This document shows, in pieces, positions 49,470 to 52,301 of a stretch of DNA of 52,301 nucleotides (the stretch's first letter is position 1; each line of letters starts with the position of its first letter). This stretch comes from Octopus bimaculoides (taxonomy: Eukaryota). The stretch lies in NCBI RefSeq assembly GCF_001194135.2, contig NC_068983.1, positions 156,617,462-156,669,762 of the forward strand, written 5' to 3'. The notes below the pieces were generated by a model. That model made no database searches, was not told the DNA's origin, and saw nothing but the letters and a program-made list of their open reading frames with translations. The position numbers and the translations under genes are program-made.

Positions 49470-50225
49470 CCCGAGGAAAGTGACTCCAAGAACTTAAAGA
49501 CACATTACTGAATAGAAAATACCCGGCCAGTCTAATCAAAATGGAATAGAACGTGCAAAACTGATAGACATCCAAGAGTTACGGAAAGCTAGAAAACACC
49601 ATGACACACTTAAAACTATTTCTTACATATCAACACACAATCCAAGAAACATGGAAGCATACAACATCATCCACCAAAACATACCCCTCCTTATGAAGGA
49701 CCCGTGAATGAAAAAGGCACTGGAAACACATAGGATTATTAAAAGCAAGAGACAACCGCAATTCCTAAAAACATTACTCACCAGCGCCAAATTACCCACC
49801 AAAAATAAAACCCTACAAGTCAAAAAGTGCAACCGCCCAAACTGCAGAACTTGCATCTTTCTCTTAGAGGGCTCAACATACAAATTTAAGTCAGGTCAAA
49901 CTTTTACCATAAAATATAACTTCACCTGTGCTTCGAAGAACTTAATCCGTGTTCTGAAATGTGGAGGATATGGTGGGGACTACATAGGTCAAAGTAGCTT
50001 AACTTTGAGGGATAGACTTACGGTGCACAGGCAATAAATCCAGGACCCCATCACTAGGAAAATTCCCGTAAGCAAGCACCTAGACCAATGCCCCATTGAC
50101 ATAAACCCTAAATACCAAACCATCCCTCTCTATCAGCGCATTAGAAACACTTCAATCCAATTCCGTTTAAATAAAGAAAACATACTAATTAAAAAATATA
50201 AACCACTGCTGAATATCCTTTAGAA
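49470..50225 (+). mobile_element. Penelope-like retroelement, Neptune-like, 5'-truncated: RT C-terminus, Zn-finger linker and GIY-YIG endonuclease
   Basis: LQELKDTLLNRKYP, YISTHNPRN, IKSKRQP..LKTLLTSAK, KKCNRPNCRTC, FTCASKNLIRVLKC...YIGQSSLTLRDRLTVHRQ*I...VSKHL...EKILIKKYKPLLN. Stops and frameshifts. Confidence 0.92.
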
Positions 50226-50454
50226 GCAGTAAAAAGAAAAGGAAGAAGACTCAATCTCAGCAGAAAACTACAACCAGGAACAACATATATTTATTTATTT
50301 TTAAATACATATTTTATCTGTGAATTTGCGTGTGTAAACTGGGAATGCATACAATTAGCTTCAATGCCCGAGGTGTACGGAAAACACTCGGCGAGAAATG
50401 GAAGGAAATTTGAAGAAAGAAGAAGAAAAAACAACATAATAATAATAGTAATAA

Positions 50455-50975
50455 AAGACCTGATGCAGTACCAGGCAGTGGCCCTCATGGCTTCTGATCT
50501 TAACTGATGGGAAGTGTTATCATGTACGCGTTTTGTTTTGCTTTAAAAAGACGGGCTACCGCAAATATTTTGCTTGTCAGTTGCTTGAGCTTAACCATTT
50601 AAGTATGTCGGTGACTGACGACAGGTGCATGTCTGATCACGGGCAGGAGTAGTAGGTGAGAATTATAGCCATATGTAAGGAGAATTGTTTTGGAGTTTGA
50701 ATAATTCACCTCTGGAACATGGCTGATTTGTTAATCATCGCTAAATACCCTTTTTTCAAGGACCTTTTGAGCAGATGGGTTACTCGACTCGAAGAAGTTT
50801 CGAAATGGGTCCCACCTGCATGGTCATGGGCTGTTTTTCTTGGTATGACGTGACCATGCCTTGCAGATATGGTTGTGACGCATGTGTCTGTGTACATTTA
50901 TCATACGGATACTCATAATGGATATATTGAGCTTTGTATATTTCTACCCCAGAGCCAATCTGAAGGCATGTCGTG
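50455..50975 (-). repeat. Unclassified interspersed repeat, possibly a non-LTR 3' end
   Basis: GC-richer block ending, on the minus strand, in a (TTA)-like tail. No second copy in the window. Confidence 0.3.
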
Positions 50976-50982
50976 CTTTCTT

Positions 50983-51209
50983 AATCAATAATAATAATCC
51001 TTTCTACTATAGACACAAGGCCTGGAGTTTGAGGGAAGGGAGATAGTCGATCACATCGAGTCCAGTACTTGACTGGTACTTGATTTATCGACCCCGAATG
51101 GATGACAGGCAAAGTCGACCACGGCTGAATTTGAACACAGAACGTAGCGACTGGCGAAATACCGCTAAGGATTTCGTACAGCATGCTAACGATTCAGCCA
51201 GCTCGCCGC
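50983..51209 (-). mobile_element. SINE family C variant, flanked by (AAT)n on both sides
   Basis: Minus strand GCGGCGAGCTGGCTGAATCGTTAGC...GTCGACTTTGCC.GTCATCC.TTCGGGGTCGATAAAT; 3' end differs from the other two copies. Confidence 0.85.
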
Positions 51210-51608
51210 ACTATCAATAATAATAATAATAATAATAACAATATTCGGTGAGCCACTGAAAAGCGCAACAAGTAATGGTACGATGATTTGGAACATTATG
51301 AGCGGGACTTGCCTCTCGTGTCAGTTCGCAGCGGCTTCTTTTCCGGTTTCTACACATGATAATTGAAAACCGCTCCAAAATGTAGGCATCCCACAGTTAG
51401 GTTAGGTAACTCTGCGAGTTCACTCGGTGCATTTACACCTATTTGTCCACAGTGAGAAATTATCTCCATGTCAAAATACAGTGAATGGCTTGATAGCAGG
51501 TTTCAGTATGCCTCAAGTATGTTTGAAATGGTAGCAAGTGCGTGTGTTGTGCATACGCACACACACACACACACACACACTTTCGTAAGCTTCTGCATCT
51601 TCACCTAT

Positions 51609-51655
51609 CTTTTATTTGTTTCAGTCATTAGGCTGCGACCATGCTGGGGCACCAG
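51609..51655 (-). mobile_element. SINE family A, extreme 3' fragment
   Basis: TTTTATTTGTTTCAGTCATTAGGCTGCGACCATGCTGGGGCACC. Confidence 0.75.
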
Positions 51656-51677
51656 ATACTTTTCTACTTTGAAAATC

Positions 51678-51714
<37 letters not shown>

Positions 51715-52256
51715 TAAAACTAGCAAATAAATAAAATAAACAGAGGTGATAATGTTAGTCTGCAACTTTTAAGAAGTTTTTTTTTATTTACAAATATAGC
51801 AAAATAGTTTCAAGTAATATTTTTCTCGTGTGATGTGTCCCTATGAGGAAACATTTTTCAAAATTTTATCCGTATGTGTATATATACATATGTGTATGTG
51901 GGTGTGTATACAAACCCACAAACATACAGATATAAATTTCCAGGTACATATATGTGTGTCTGTATGCGCATGAGTAGGTGTGTCAATATAGAATATATGT
52001 GCATCCTTGTATATGATAACTATTAATATTTATTTACATATCCCACTTTGAATATCATAAACAGCGTAATCGGTTCCACACAGACACCCAACCAATAGAC
52101 AATCTCATTAGAAATCTCCCCAGATCTATAAACAAACATATTAAATAGAAATTTAGAGTATTTAGTAAGTTCTACTTTGTAAACCTTTACTGTCGTTGAA
52201 CAACTGGCGTAGTCCCAATTGTTTTAACGACCGATAATACACATGTTATTATGTTT

Positions 52257-52301
<45 letters not shown>

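Overview
AT-rich, microsatellite-dense eukaryotic draft sequence with 13 N-gaps, most flanked by (TA)n, (CA)n or (CATA)n. The SINE and microsatellite make-up suggests a cephalopod, probably an octopus; this is inference. I cannot support any host protein-coding gene, rRNA, tRNA gene or CRISPR array. Almost all ORFs in the track are microsatellite or N-gap artefacts, or fragments of transposable elements. Recognisable content: at least four tRNA-headed SINE types, three mariner relics and one Tc1 relic, three CR1-type LINE 3' fragments, two R4/Dong-type (restriction-like endonuclease) LINE fragments and one Neptune-like Penelope element. Best leads: (1) much of the apparently unique sequence reads as decayed fossils of one Penelope-like (PLE) lineage with RT, a WFNPP linker, a CxC motif and a C-terminal GIY-YIG domain, with about 10 reasonably supported pieces; (2) hammerhead-ribozyme-like folds with non-canonical cores in a (TA)n-associated repeat; (3) an R4/Dong LINE ending in a (CATA)n array; (4) an in-frame Tc1/mariner junction. 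All protein-family calls come from manual translation and recalled family motifs. No alignment or database search was run, and boundaries are approximate.
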